A stretch of DNA of 64,000 bases, taken from NCBI GenBank assembly GCA_963667015.2, contig CAXXJJ010000003.1, positions 64,001-128,000 of the forward strand, written 5' to 3'. The position numbers were made by a program, and so were the translations under genes. Numbering within the stretch: position 1 is the first letter of the stretch; every line of letters begins with the position of its first letter. The stretch is from Desulfatiglandales bacterium. GTDB lineage: Bacteria; Desulfobacterota; DSM-4660; Desulfatiglandales; HGW-15. The notes below the pieces were generated by a model that worked only from the letters and a program-made list of their open reading frames with translations, searched no databases and was not told where the DNA came from. Of the stretch, positions 8,172 through 18,059 are shown piece by piece.

Positions 8172-8993
8172 ATGAGGAAAAAAATAGTTATATCAGGATT
8201 GCTGATTAGCGCGGTATTTTTCTTTATAGAACAGGTATGGGCATGTCATCCCTGGATAAATGTAAATAACTACAAAGCAAAAACAAACAGCGCCATAAGA
8301 TTTCATATGGCATATGGCCATAATTTCCCATTTGGTCATAGTTTTTTTGACAACGATAAGGTTGAAAAGCTTTATATGCTTGCCCCTGACGGTAGTAAAG
8401 AGAACCCTGACCTGCGGCTTCTTGGAAAAGATAAATACAGCCAGACACAGTTTGAATCAAAAAACGATCTTACTGAAGGAACATACCTTATTGTGATGGA
8501 AAGTAAGGGTAATTTTATAGCCAAAACAGATAAAGGGTATCAGCGTAAACCAAAAAGTGAACTAAAAGAATTTAATGTCAAGGGCAGTGTCAAATACTCT
8601 CAGAATTTCTGTAAAGCTATTGTAAATGTAAATGGAAAAAGTTCTGTCGACAGTTACAGCAAGGTCCTGGGACATGGCCTTGAAATAGTGCCCCTGAAAG
8701 ATCCCGGCCAGTTGCGGACAAATGATACCCTTCCTATTAGGATTCTTCACAATGGTGAAAAAATAGATGAGTCCATAATGGTATATGCTACCTATATGGG
8801 ATTCAGCAATGAATCGGATGCCTTTGCATATACAGCATGGGCGTCATCCTCAAGGGATGGTGTAGCCCGGATCAGGCTTTTACAGCCTGGTATATGGATG
8901 CTGTTTGTTAACCACAAGTTTTCTTACCCTGATTCTGAGAAAGCGGACAAGTTCAGTTACCAGTCAACATTAACCTTTGAAGTCAAACCATGA
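8172..8993 (+). CDS. DUF4198-domain periplasmic protein (metal-uptake associated)
   Basis: Signal peptide followed by HPW, YGHNF, LEIVPLKDP and C-terminal STLTFEVK. Confidence 0.8.
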   Translation: MRKKIVISGLLISAVFFFIEQVWACHPWINVNNYKAKTNSAIRFHMAYGHNFPFGHSFFDNDKVEKLYMLAPDGSKENPDLRLLGKDKYSQTQFESKNDLTEGTYLIVMESKGNFIAKTDKGYQRKPKSELKEFNVKGSVKYSQNFCKAIVNVNGKSSVDSYSKVLGHGLEIVPLKDPGQLRTNDTLPIRILHNGEKIDESIMVYATYMGFSNESDAFAYTAWASSSRDGVARIRLLQPGIWMLFVNHKFSYPDSEKADKFSYQSTLTFEVKP

Positions 8994-9028
8994 AAGCTGA
9001 ATAAAATTAAAAACAGGAGAATTACGAG

Positions 9029-11092
9029 ATGAAAAAATTGTTTATAGGAACGATTTTGAGCATATTTGTCATGTCCTATACACCCGGACAGATGATCTTT
9101 GCTGATAATGATGAAACAGATGATGCCGTTAAAATGGAAAAGATCGTTGTAACGGCAAACAGGACTGAGACGCCCATGTGGGATCTTCCGGTAAGTGTGA
9201 CGGTAATAACGAGTGAAGATATAGAGAACATGCCTGCCACAACAGTGGATGATGTGCTTAACAAGGCACCCGGTCTTCAGGTCAGGAGAAACAAGGGCCT
9301 GGTCAATACAACAAGCCATACCACAATTTATATGAGGGGGACAGGCGACAGTTCAAGAGTGCTGGTCATGAAAGACGGTGTGCCTTTAAACAGTGCCTAT
9401 GGCGGAACTGTAAGCATATGGAATACCATTTCCCTTGAAAATATAGACAGAATAGAGATCGTAAGAGGCGCTTCGTCTGCCCTGTACGGATCAAGCGCAA
9501 TGGGCGGTGTGATAAATATTATTACAAAGAAACCCGATAAAAAGGTGTCGGGAAAGGTCAGTCTTGAAACCGGGTCTATGGATACCAATATCGGAAATGT
9601 ATATATAAGCGGATCAACAGATAAATTCGCAGTAAGGGCCTCTGCCGGACACAAGTCAACAAAGGGTTATGTCTATTATGAGGCCTCATCATGGAAGGAT
9701 TATTACAAAAAACCGGAAAGTAAACTGACCGACGGTTCAATAGGTTTTGATTTCCGGCTGGGAGAATCGATTTTAAGGCTGGACTATTCCCACATGATTG
9801 AAGATACCCTGAGTGCAACATCAACACAGTATGACGGTAAACAGACAAACAATGAATACATGATGAGTTGGGGGGTACCGGTCACCGGTGGAGACCTCAG
9901 TATAAAGTCATATTATTTTGATTCGGAAAGCACATCTGATGCAGATAAATATAATTCAACAACCGAAGATTTCGATGAGTATTACTATCTGTCCAGTATC
10001 CCCAAGGACGAATACGGGGTCATGCTGCAGTTTAACAGGAATTTCGGTATTCACAATATTTCCATAGGAAGTGATCTGAAATGGGCAAAATGTACATCCG
10101 ATTATGCATACGCAGAAGGTGACCGTGATTTCAGCGGAAAACAGGATTTCTATTCCCTGTTCCTGAGCGATGAAATGGGTTTTATGGATGAGAGGCTTAT
10201 CCTGAATGCAGGTATAAGGTACGACTACTGGGAAAACCACAGCGGAGAATTTTATGATTCAACAACCTCAACAATAAGGTCAATCGAATATCCGGATAAA
10301 TCCGACAATGCCTTTTCACCAAAGGCAGGGGCTGTTTACAAGGTTTCCGAAAAAACGAAACTGAGGGCCTCATTCGGAACAGGGTTCAAGGTCCCCTCCC
10401 TCTACGACCTCTATAAGTCAGGTCCTCACGGGTCAACCAAGTTTGACCTTGCCAATCCGGAGCTTGAAGCAGAGGAGATGAAATGGTCCTATGATGTTGG
10501 TTTTGATACAAAACCCAATGAAGACCTGAATATCAGCATGACCTTTTACAAGAGCATGTTTGAGAATTATCTTGGCAATAAAACCCTGGATGCCGACGAA
10601 GTACCATCATGGTTTTCTCCTGATGAGGGCATGGCGGTTATACAGCCGGTAAACCTTGGTGAGGTTGAGATATACGGTCTTGAAACAGGTATTGAATATC
10701 AGTTCAACAACATGTGGTCAGTCTTTATAAATCACACATATAATGTTTCAAAGATCACTAAAAACGAAGAAGACCCGGATGTTGAAGGAAACTACCTGTC
10801 CTACACACCCCGTCATATGACACGTGCGGGTGTTACCTATAATAATCCCGAACTCTTTTCCATTGGTTTATTTTTGACCATGGTGGGTGAACGGTATGGG
10901 GACCTGGAAAATACCGATACCAAAAAACTGGATGCCTATCAGATTGCGGATGTCAAGATATCACGGAAATTATTCTCGGGCACCGAGATATTCGGTTCCA
11001 TTAATAATGTCACAGATGAAGAATACAGGGAGTATTACACAACCCTGAATCCTTCCCGGACCTATATAGTTGGTATTAATTATAAATTTTAG
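9029..11092 (+). CDS. TonB-dependent receptor (HmuR/BtuB-like context)
   Basis: EKIVVTANRT TonB box; RIEIVRGASSALYGSSAMGGVINIITK; C-terminal F. Confidence 0.95.
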   Translation: MKKLFIGTILSIFVMSYTPGQMIFADNDETDDAVKMEKIVVTANRTETPMWDLPVSVTVITSEDIENMPATTVDDVLNKAPGLQVRRNKGLVNTTSHTTIYMRGTGDSSRVLVMKDGVPLNSAYGGTVSIWNTISLENIDRIEIVRGASSALYGSSAMGGVINIITKKPDKKVSGKVSLETGSMDTNIGNVYISGSTDKFAVRASAGHKSTKGYVYYEASSWKDYYKKPESKLTDGSIGFDFRLGESILRLDYSHMIEDTLSATSTQYDGKQTNNEYMMSWGVPVTGGDLSIKSYYFDSESTSDADKYNSTTEDFDEYYYLSSIPKDEYGVMLQFNRNFGIHNISIGSDLKWAKCTSDYAYAEGDRDFSGKQDFYSLFLSDEMGFMDERLILNAGIRYDYWENHSGEFYDSTTSTIRSIEYPDKSDNAFSPKAGAVYKVSEKTKLRASFGTGFKVPSLYDLYKSGPHGSTKFDLANPELEAEEMKWSYDVGFDTKPNEDLNISMTFYKSMFENYLGNKTLDADEVPSWFSPDEGMAVIQPVNLGEVEIYGLETGIEYQFNNMWSVFINHTYNVSKITKNEEDPDVEGNYLSYTPRHMTRAGVTYNNPELFSIGLFLTMVGERYGDLENTDTKKLDAYQIADVKISRKLFSGTEIFGSINNVTDEEYREYYTTLNPSRTYIVGINYKF

Positions 11093-11101
11093 GACAGTAA
11101 A

Positions 11102-11839
11102 ATGATAACCGATTTCTGGGCAGCAGGCGTTTTATTCAGCATAGTGGTATTTGCAGTCAAGGCAGGGCTGGTGGCAGGTTCAATAAACATGAAGACACGA
11201 TGGATCATCGGGCTTGCCATGTTATATGGGGTAATCTCCCTGGTAATTGGGGTTATCCTCAAGATGTTAATCCCCCTTGATTATTTTGAATTCTTCCGGA
11301 AGTACATGGCACCGGGGGTGATAGTGCATCTCCTTTTATCCATAGGTCTTATAGCATGGGGTCTTTTTACGATGCAGCGGTCTATAAGGGAAAAAGATGG
11401 GCCGCACTCCGGTGCCGGTTATTTCCTGATGCTTCCATGCCCAGTATGTATGTTTGTCATGCTGCTCAGTTGTTCCGTATTTTCGGCTTTAACAGGAATT
11501 GATCCCATAAAGGCAGGTGCAATCATGGGAGCTGTCTTTATAATCCTGATCCCTGTTACTGCCCTGTATGCCGCGCATCTTGTGAGGCAGGGCCGTAAAA
11601 GCGGAAACAGTCACCTGCTGCTCGGGTTTATCCTGGCCATGACAGGACTCTATTTTGCAGTGTCCATAATTGTTATCCCCGTATACAGCAGGGTGAAGGC
11701 CCTGCTTGCAACAGGCACCATGGTCCGCGGAGAAGATGTTTCACCGGTTAAAATGGTAGGGCTTGTGGCTGTCGTGCTTATTGTTGTCCTCTGGGGATTT
11801 ATCGGAAACCATAAAAAATATAAAAAAAATAAAAAATAA
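11102..11839 (+). CDS. DUF2162 family membrane protein
   Basis: Multi-TM protein with PCPVC motif, next to ExbB-like/DUF2149/CobN genes. Confidence 0.8.
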   Translation: MITDFWAAGVLFSIVVFAVKAGLVAGSINMKTRWIIGLAMLYGVISLVIGVILKMLIPLDYFEFFRKYMAPGVIVHLLLSIGLIAWGLFTMQRSIREKDGPHSGAGYFLMLPCPVCMFVMLLSCSVFSALTGIDPIKAGAIMGAVFIILIPVTALYAAHLVRQGRKSGNSHLLLGFILAMTGLYFAVSIIVIPVYSRVKALLATGTMVRGEDVSPVKMVGLVAVVLIVVLWGFIGNHKKYKKNKK

Positions 11840-11853
11840 ACGAGGTGTAAACA

Positions 11854-12573
11854 ATGAATATTTTAAACCTGATGCAGGGGACTCTATACCTGATAATGAA
11901 TGCCCTGTTATATCCTGTTATCGCAGCGATCATTATTCTGGTTATCTGTACCTTGCTCAGCCTGGGCGGCTTTGTTTCCGAGTTTTTAATACGAAGAAGA
12001 AACTCGGGGAGTAATGAAGACCTCCACCTGGAAGAGCTTGCAGCCGGTATAGCCCGAGACACCCTGTCAGGCAATATTACCGATAATATTAAAAGGTATT
12101 CTATTCAGAACAGCTATATAAAAAAGTATGTGGAAGAACTGCTCGGGCAGGCATCTAAGGGTGTAAAGGGTCTTGCCATAAGGGTGGAAAAGCTTATCAG
12201 TACCCATGAAGGCCTGTCACGTAAAACACTGGATAAAACACGGCTTATGATCAGGGTAGGGCCAATGCTCGGGCTTATGGGTACTCTTATACCCATGGGG
12301 CCGGCCCTGCTTTCACTTTCAAAGGGTGATCTCACACAAATGGCTAACTGTCTTGTAATTGCATTCGGCACAACAGTATCAGGTCTTGCAGTAGGAGTAA
12401 TAGCCTACGTGATATCCGTGGTGAGGGAGCAGTGGTACACAAAGGACAGTGATGAAATGGAATACCTGTCGGATCTTGTGCTGGATAACATTGAAGGGGC
12501 AGGTGAAGTTGAAGATGATGACGCGGAACAGAAGATAAAGGTGCTGCCCGTATCAAGAGGCGGACAAAAATGA
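11854..12573 (+). CDS. MotA/TolQ/ExbB proton channel family protein (HmuU-like)
   Basis: RVGPMLGLMGTLIPMGPAL...IAFGTTVSGL. Confidence 0.9.
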   Translation: MNILNLMQGTLYLIMNALLYPVIAAIIILVICTLLSLGGFVSEFLIRRRNSGSNEDLHLEELAAGIARDTLSGNITDNIKRYSIQNSYIKKYVEELLGQASKGVKGLAIRVEKLISTHEGLSRKTLDKTRLMIRVGPMLGLMGTLIPMGPALLSLSKGDLTQMANCLVIAFGTTVSGLAVGVIAYVISVVREQWYTKDSDEMEYLSDLVLDNIEGAGEVEDDDAEQKIKVLPVSRGGQK

Positions 12574-12929
12574 GAGATACCCCTAAAAATAAGAGAAAAA
12601 ACCGCAGAATGACAAACCCCGTACATCAGGATGATCCTATGAGCGGTGTGGCCAACCTGTTTGATGTTGCTATGGTATTTGCAGTAGGGCTTATGGTGGC
12701 CATGGTAAGCGCCTATCATCTGCATGAGCTGTTCAGCGCTGATGAGCTTACCATGATCAAAAATCCCAATGAGCCCGGAAAGATGGAGATCATCTCAAAA
12801 AAGGGCAAAGAGATAAAGGTACAAAAAATGACAAAGGAGATGGCACAGGGGCAGGGTATGCGCCTTGGCACTGCCTATCGTCTGACTGACGGCAAGGTAG
12901 TATATATCCCGGAAGAGGAGGAAAGATAG
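12570..12929 (+). CDS. DUF2149 family protein (HmuV-like)
   Basis: DDPMSGVANLFDVAMVFAVGL...KNP...MEII...LGTAYRL...YIPE. Confidence 0.9.
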   Translation: MRDTPKNKRKNRRMTNPVHQDDPMSGVANLFDVAMVFAVGLMVAMVSAYHLHELFSADELTMIKNPNEPGKMEIISKKGKEIKVQKMTKEMAQGQGMRLGTAYRLTDGKVVYIPEEEER

Positions 12930-12930
12930 A

Positions 12931-15900
12931 ATGTTACGTAGCCTGTTTTGCATGTTTATGCTGGCATGTATGATAATGGCCTTACCAGGCACTGGAAGTG
13001 CAGGCCAGAAAAATAATATTATCTTTTATATAACGGACGGAAATACAAAGGTCCTGTCCGAAGGAATAGCAAAGTTTAATAAAGAGTTTCCAAAGGCGGC
13101 TTCCGGTTTAAAGGTAACCGTATTGGCGGAAAAGCAGCATGATAAAGAGACGATATCCAATAAACTGGCAGGCCAGGATGTTATTTTCCTGTATCATCTC
13201 GGGTACAAGTCCATGCTGGATATAGAGACAGACCTGAAGATCGCGCGACAGAATGGAACAAAGGTCATAGGTGTTGGCGGTTATGAAATCTTCAGGAAAA
13301 AAGGGTACTTTAATGTTGATGAAACAGAATACCCTGAACTCCATACCTACTGGCAATACAGCGGCACTGAAAACGTCAAAAGGCTTATTGCATATATTTT
13401 AAACAGGTTTTGCGGGGTTGACAGCCTTGAAATAATGGAGCCTGTTACACAGCCCCTTGACGGTATATACCATCCTGATGCGCCCGGTTCAGGGGTTTTT
13501 GATTCCTTTGCAGCCTATAGAACCTGGTATGAATCTTCCGGTCATAAAAAAGATGCCCAATGGGTAGGAATTACATCCTATAATATTCTAAAAACCGGGG
13601 ACGCAAAAATACCTGAAAGCCTTATCAGAAGCCTTGAGAAAAAGGGCATGAACGTGGTGTGTGCGATCGGCTACCCGGCAGATATGCTGATAGAAAAATA
13701 TATGCTGGCAGAGGGTCTTGAGATAGACCTGATGGTTTCGCTCATGTTTTCACACCCAAAGGAAAAGACACAGGAACTTCTCAACAGGCTCAATGTGCCT
13801 GTAATCAGGGCAATTGCACTATACAACAAGGTTGAAGACTGGCTGGAAAGCCCACAGGGCGTTGACGCGACACAGCTTGCTTCACAGATATTTCTTCCCG
13901 AGATGAGCGGCCTTATAGAACCGATCGTGGTTGGCGGCAAGCGCATATTTATTGATGAAAAAACCGGAATAAAGGTAACCGAAAGAATTCCCGTTGAAGA
14001 GAGGATAGGAAAGCTTTCAAAAAGGGCAGCATCATGGCTGCGTCTCAAGACCCTGCCTGTTGATAAAAAAAAGGTGGCGGTTCTTTATTACAATCATCAT
14101 ACAGGTAAACAGAATATAGGGGCCAGCTATCTTGATCTTTTTGCCAGCCTCCAGAACCTTGTAAAGGCCCTTAAAAAGGCCGGATATACCATGGGTGATG
14201 ACGTCCCCCTGAACAAGAAGATACTACAGGAAATGATTATCATGCAGGGCCGCAATATAAGCACGGCAGCGCCCGGTGAGCTCAAAAAGATGCTGGATAC
14301 CGGCAAAATAGAGCTGCTTCCCATAGAGCAGTATAAAAAATGGTATGCCGAACTTCCAGAGGAATTCAGAAAAGGTGTAGATGAAAAATGGGGTAATGTG
14401 GACAATACTACCCTCATGACATGGGAAGATAAGACCAAAAATAAAAAATATATTGTTCTTCCGGGACTTACATTCGGAAACATATTTGTAGGACCCCAGC
14501 CCACTCGTGGGTGGCTTGAGGAGTCTGATCACCTGTACCATGACGTGACCCTTCCTCCGCACCACCAGTATCTTGCCTTTTATCTGTGGCTCAAAAACAG
14601 GTTCAAGGTTGATGCGGTTGTCCACTTTGGAAAGCATGGAACCCTTGAATGGACACCCGGAAAGCAGGTGGGGCTGACTCAAAACTGTGCGCCGGATGTG
14701 CTCATGCAGGATATCCCGGATATCTACCCCTACCTGATAGATGATATTGGTGAAGGCACACAGGCAAAAAGAAGGGGTTATGGTGTGATTGTAGATCATA
14801 TGATACCTGCAATAAAGATGTCAGGGCTCTATGAAGAGTATGCCAGGCTTAATGAACTGATACCCCTTTATGAACAGGCAAAGGAACAGACTCCTGCTGT
14901 TGCGGAAAAGTACCAGGAGGAGATCCTTACAATGGTTTCCGAACTGGGTATTGCAAAGGATATAGGGATAAAACCGGGTAAAAATAATTTTACTCAAATA
15001 CTTGACGAACTTCATGACTACCTTGCAGAGATAAGAGGCGAGAGCATGCCATATGGACTTCATGTGCTGGGTAAATCACTGGAAGGCGAGAGCCTTGTAA
15101 GCATGGTGCGCGCCATGCTTGGTGTTGAGTCTGATATCCCTCCGGCACAGGAAATCATAGCCGTTGTCATGGGAATGGACTGGAAAAAGATAAAGAAACG
15201 TCCGGGAAAACATATAAAGGATATGGAGAAGGTGGATACCGTGTGTGAAGTACTTCTCTCAAAGGTTATCCTTGAAGGTATGCCCCTTGAAACGGCCATG
15301 AGCGCCAGCCTGGGTAAACAGTATTCAAAGGCTTCTTCTGTGAACAGGAAAAATCTAAGGACCATGCTGGAACGGAGCCTGGAATATGCCGAAGGCCTTG
15401 GGCAGTGTGATCAGGAGATCAGGAGTATCCTTAACGGGCTCAATGCAGGCTACATATCTCCGGGGCCTGGTAATGACCCTATACGTGATCCGGATGTGCT
15501 TCCAAGCGGAAGGAATTTTTACGGTTTTAATCCGGAGAAGGTACCTACCAAAGCATCATGGAAGGTGGGTAAAAAAATGGCCGATGATCTGATCGAGACC
15601 TATATGAAAAAGAACGGTCGCTATCCCCACAAAACCGCCCTGGTCTTATGGGCCACAGAGACTTTAAGACATCATGGTGTCATGGAGTCAAAGGCCCTGT
15701 ATCTTATGGGTGCAAGGCCCATATGGGACGGACGCGGGTCCATAAAGGGTGTAGAGCTTATACCCGAGTCAGAGCTTAAACGGCCGCGCATAGATATACT
15801 GGTTTCAGCATCAGGTCTTTACCGGGATGTATTTCCTATCCAGATAGGCCTGATCGATGATGCAGTACAGATGGTTATAAAGGAAAAGAAGGGCAAATAT

Positions 15901-17412
15901 GAAAATTTTGTCCGTCTTCATACACTTGAGGCAGAAGAACTGTTTATCAAAAAAGGGTACTCAAAGGAAGATGCTGCCCGGGCCTCAAGCTTCCGTATCT
16001 TCGGCGCCCCAAACCAGGGATACGGCACAGGCCTGGACAAGGCAATACCTGCCAGCGGATCATGGGAAAAGGAAGATAAACTGGCAGACCTTTACATGAA
16101 ACGGATGAACTATGCATACGGCAGAAACGTATGGGGTAAAAAGTCGGAAGATGCGTTCAAACAGGCCCTGAGCGGAACTGACCTTGTGGTGCACAGCCGT
16201 TCCACCAACCTGTTCGGTGTACTTGATACGGATGATTTTTATCAGTACATGGGCGGTCTTGCAATGGCAGTAAGAAACATTTCGGGCGAAACACCCGAGC
16301 TCTATGTTTCCGATGCTAAAAATCCTGCTAATCCAAAGATGGTAAATTTTGCAAAGTTCATGGGCCTTGAGACAAGGGCGCGCTACTTCAATCCAAAGTG
16401 GATCACCGGTATGAAAGAAAACGGTTATTCAGGTGCAAGGGAGATGGCAAAATTTGTAGAGCACCTCTGGGGATGGCAGGTGACTACTCCTAAAGAGGTT
16501 TCAAAGGAGATGTGGGAGCAGGCAGAGCAGGTATATGTTGAAGATAAATACGGTATGAAACTCAGGGAGTTTTTTAAAGAGAACAGCCCTTATGCATACC
16601 AGTCCATCACTGCAAGGATGATGGAGGTAGAAAGAAAGGGGTATCAGAAGTTTGATAAGGAGATGCTGGAAAAGCTGGCTGCCGAATATATCAAATCGGT
16701 TGCTGAAATGGGCGTGGCATGCAGTGAGCATATCTGTGACAACATAGCCCTTAACCAGTTTGCGGCAAATGTAATGTCTGTTCCGGGCATGGTCACAGCA
16801 TCAGAGATGAAAAAGTTTCAGCAGCAGGTAAAGCAGAGCACTGGCAAGGATGTTAAAAAACCGGAGTGGGTGGAAAAGGAAAAAAATGAAATAAAAAATG
16901 CCGATACTGCACCGGGTGAAAAACCTGATGCTACGGGAAAATCGGAAATAGAGGATGTAAAGGGATATGAGATGAAGGAAGAAAAAAAGGCGGAAAACTC
17001 GACCGGGATATCCTCATCCGGTGCTACAGCAGCGGCGGTTATTCTTGTCCTGGCTATTGTAGCCATTATAGGGCAGGGGTATCTGGAAGGGTATGAAGAA
17101 GGATTAAATAATATTAAAAAAGTAAGGAGAATAATCATGAAAAAAATTGAACTGGTAAAAAAGATGGCAAAAGATGCGGAGATTTCTGAAGCTGCTGCTG
17201 GCAGGGCTCTTAATTCATTTTTTGATGGAGTTAAAACTTCATTAAAGAAAAAGGGCGGGAGCTTGACCCTGGTTGGTTTTGGAACCTTTAAGAAGGTGCA
17301 CCGCAAAGCAAGAAAAGGACGCAATCCACAGACCGGCGAATCTATAAAGATAAAGGGCAAAAACGTGGTGAAATTCTTACCGGGTAAAAAACTCAGGGAT
17401 TTTATTGCCTGA
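12931..17412 (+). CDS. CobN/Mg-chelatase family protein (HmuS/BtuS-like) with signal peptide and C-terminal TM anchor; as written it reads through into HU, and the probable native end is 17107
   Basis: PPHHQYLAFY, HFGKHGTLEWTPGK, AKRRG, LPSGRNFY, RPRIDI, SGLYRD and RYFNPKWI motifs; N-terminal signal peptide; TM segment AAAVILVLAIVAIIG. Confidence 0.9.
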   Translation: MLRSLFCMFMLACMIMALPGTGSAGQKNNIIFYITDGNTKVLSEGIAKFNKEFPKAASGLKVTVLAEKQHDKETISNKLAGQDVIFLYHLGYKSMLDIETDLKIARQNGTKVIGVGGYEIFRKKGYFNVDETEYPELHTYWQYSGTENVKRLIAYILNRFCGVDSLEIMEPVTQPLDGIYHPDAPGSGVFDSFAAYRTWYESSGHKKDAQWVGITSYNILKTGDAKIPESLIRSLEKKGMNVVCAIGYPADMLIEKYMLAEGLEIDLMVSLMFSHPKEKTQELLNRLNVPVIRAIALYNKVEDWLESPQGVDATQLASQIFLPEMSGLIEPIVVGGKRIFIDEKTGIKVTERIPVEERIGKLSKRAASWLRLKTLPVDKKKVAVLYYNHHTGKQNIGASYLDLFASLQNLVKALKKAGYTMGDDVPLNKKILQEMIIMQGRNISTAAPGELKKMLDTGKIELLPIEQYKKWYAELPEEFRKGVDEKWGNVDNTTLMTWEDKTKNKKYIVLPGLTFGNIFVGPQPTRGWLEESDHLYHDVTLPPHHQYLAFYLWLKNRFKVDAVVHFGKHGTLEWTPGKQVGLTQNCAPDVLMQDIPDIYPYLIDDIGEGTQAKRRGYGVIVDHMIPAIKMSGLYEEYARLNELIPLYEQAKEQTPAVAEKYQEEILTMVSELGIAKDIGIKPGKNNFTQILDELHDYLAEIRGESMPYGLHVLGKSLEGESLVSMVRAMLGVESDIPPAQEIIAVVMGMDWKKIKKRPGKHIKDMEKVDTVCEVLLSKVILEGMPLETAMSASLGKQYSKASSVNRKNLRTMLERSLEYAEGLGQCDQEIRSILNGLNAGYISPGPGNDPIRDPDVLPSGRNFYGFNPEKVPTKASWKVGKKMADDLIETYMKKNGRYPHKTALVLWATETLRHHGVMESKALYLMGARPIWDGRGSIKGVELIPESELKRPRIDILVSASGLYRDVFPIQIGLIDDAVQMVIKEKKGKYENFVRLHTLEAEELFIKKGYSKEDAARASSFRIFGAPNQGYGTGLDKAIPASGSWEKEDKLADLYMKRMNYAYGRNVWGKKSEDAFKQALSGTDLVVHSRSTNLFGVLDTDDFYQYMGGLAMAVRNISGETPELYVSDAKNPANPKMVNFAKFMGLETRARYFNPKWITGMKENGYSGAREMAKFVEHLWGWQVTTPKEVSKEMWEQAEQVYVEDKYGMKLREFFKENSPYAYQSITARMMEVERKGYQKFDKEMLEKLAAEYIKSVAEMGVACSEHICDNIALNQFAANVMSVPGMVTASEMKKFQQQVKQSTGKDVKKPEWVEKEKNEIKNADTAPGEKPDATGKSEIEDVKGYEMKEEKKAENSTGISSSGATAAAVILVLAIVAIIGQGYLEGYEEGLNNIKKVRRIIMKKIELVKKMAKDAEISEAAAGRALNSFFDGVKTSLKKKGGSLTLVGFGTFKKVHRKARKGRNPQTGESIKIKGKNVVKFLPGKKLRDFIA
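17137..17412 (+). CDS. hup: HU family nucleoid-associated protein
   Basis: Own AAGGAG RBS and ATG at 17137; MKKIELVKKMA...LVGFGTFKKVHRKARKGRNPQTGE...VKFLPGKKLRD. Confidence 0.9.
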   Translation: MKKIELVKKMAKDAEISEAAAGRALNSFFDGVKTSLKKKGGSLTLVGFGTFKKVHRKARKGRNPQTGESIKIKGKNVVKFLPGKKLRDFIA

Positions 17413-17425
17413 TGAGGTACGAACA

Positions 17426-18052
17426 ATGGAAAAAGAAAAACACTGGTCCCGTTTTGCAGATGACTTTGAAAAACGGGTCATTTATGTGGCCGGAGAGCAC
17501 AACATACTGGCCATAAAAAAAATACTGAATAAACAGCGCTTGAAGGGCAGGGTCCTGGAGCTTGGCTGCGGTAACGGCACCTATTCGAGCACACTTGCTG
17601 GAAAGGCCGATGCGCTTCATGTTACTGACTTCTCGGATCAGATGGTCAGTTTTTGTCAAAACAGGCTAAATGGCCTTGCAAATGTAGTAGTTGAAAAACA
17701 GGACTGTTTTAACCTGTCATACAGTGACAGAGAGTTTGACGCGGTTGTGATGGTTAACCTGCTGCATATTGTCCCTGATCCTGAAGTCGCTCTTAATGAG
17801 GCTCATCGGGTGTTGAAAACCGGCGGTACAATAATTGTGATAAGCTTTACTGCAAGCGGAATGAGTATTTTTACAAAGCTTGGAATGATGTACCGCTATT
17901 TCAGAGCCTGGGGCAAACCGCCTGCGGGCAGCAGAGTTCTTACAGTAGCTACTACTTGCACTATGCTGGAAAAGGCCGGGTATTCGGTTATTCTGGCAAA
18001 CCTTATGGGTAAAGGTGTAAAAGCGGTTTTTGTAAGGGCAGTGGCCCTGTAA
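17426..18052 (+). CDS. Class I SAM-dependent methyltransferase
   Basis: VLELGCGNG, FDAVVMVNLLH, RVLKTGG; ATG 17426 behind GAGG. Confidence 0.9.
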   Translation: MEKEKHWSRFADDFEKRVIYVAGEHNILAIKKILNKQRLKGRVLELGCGNGTYSSTLAGKADALHVTDFSDQMVSFCQNRLNGLANVVVEKQDCFNLSYSDREFDAVVMVNLLHIVPDPEVALNEAHRVLKTGGTIIVISFTASGMSIFTKLGMMYRYFRAWGKPPAGSRVLTVATTCTMLEKAGYSVILANLMGKGVKAVFVRAVAL

Positions 18053-18059
18053 CAACCAT

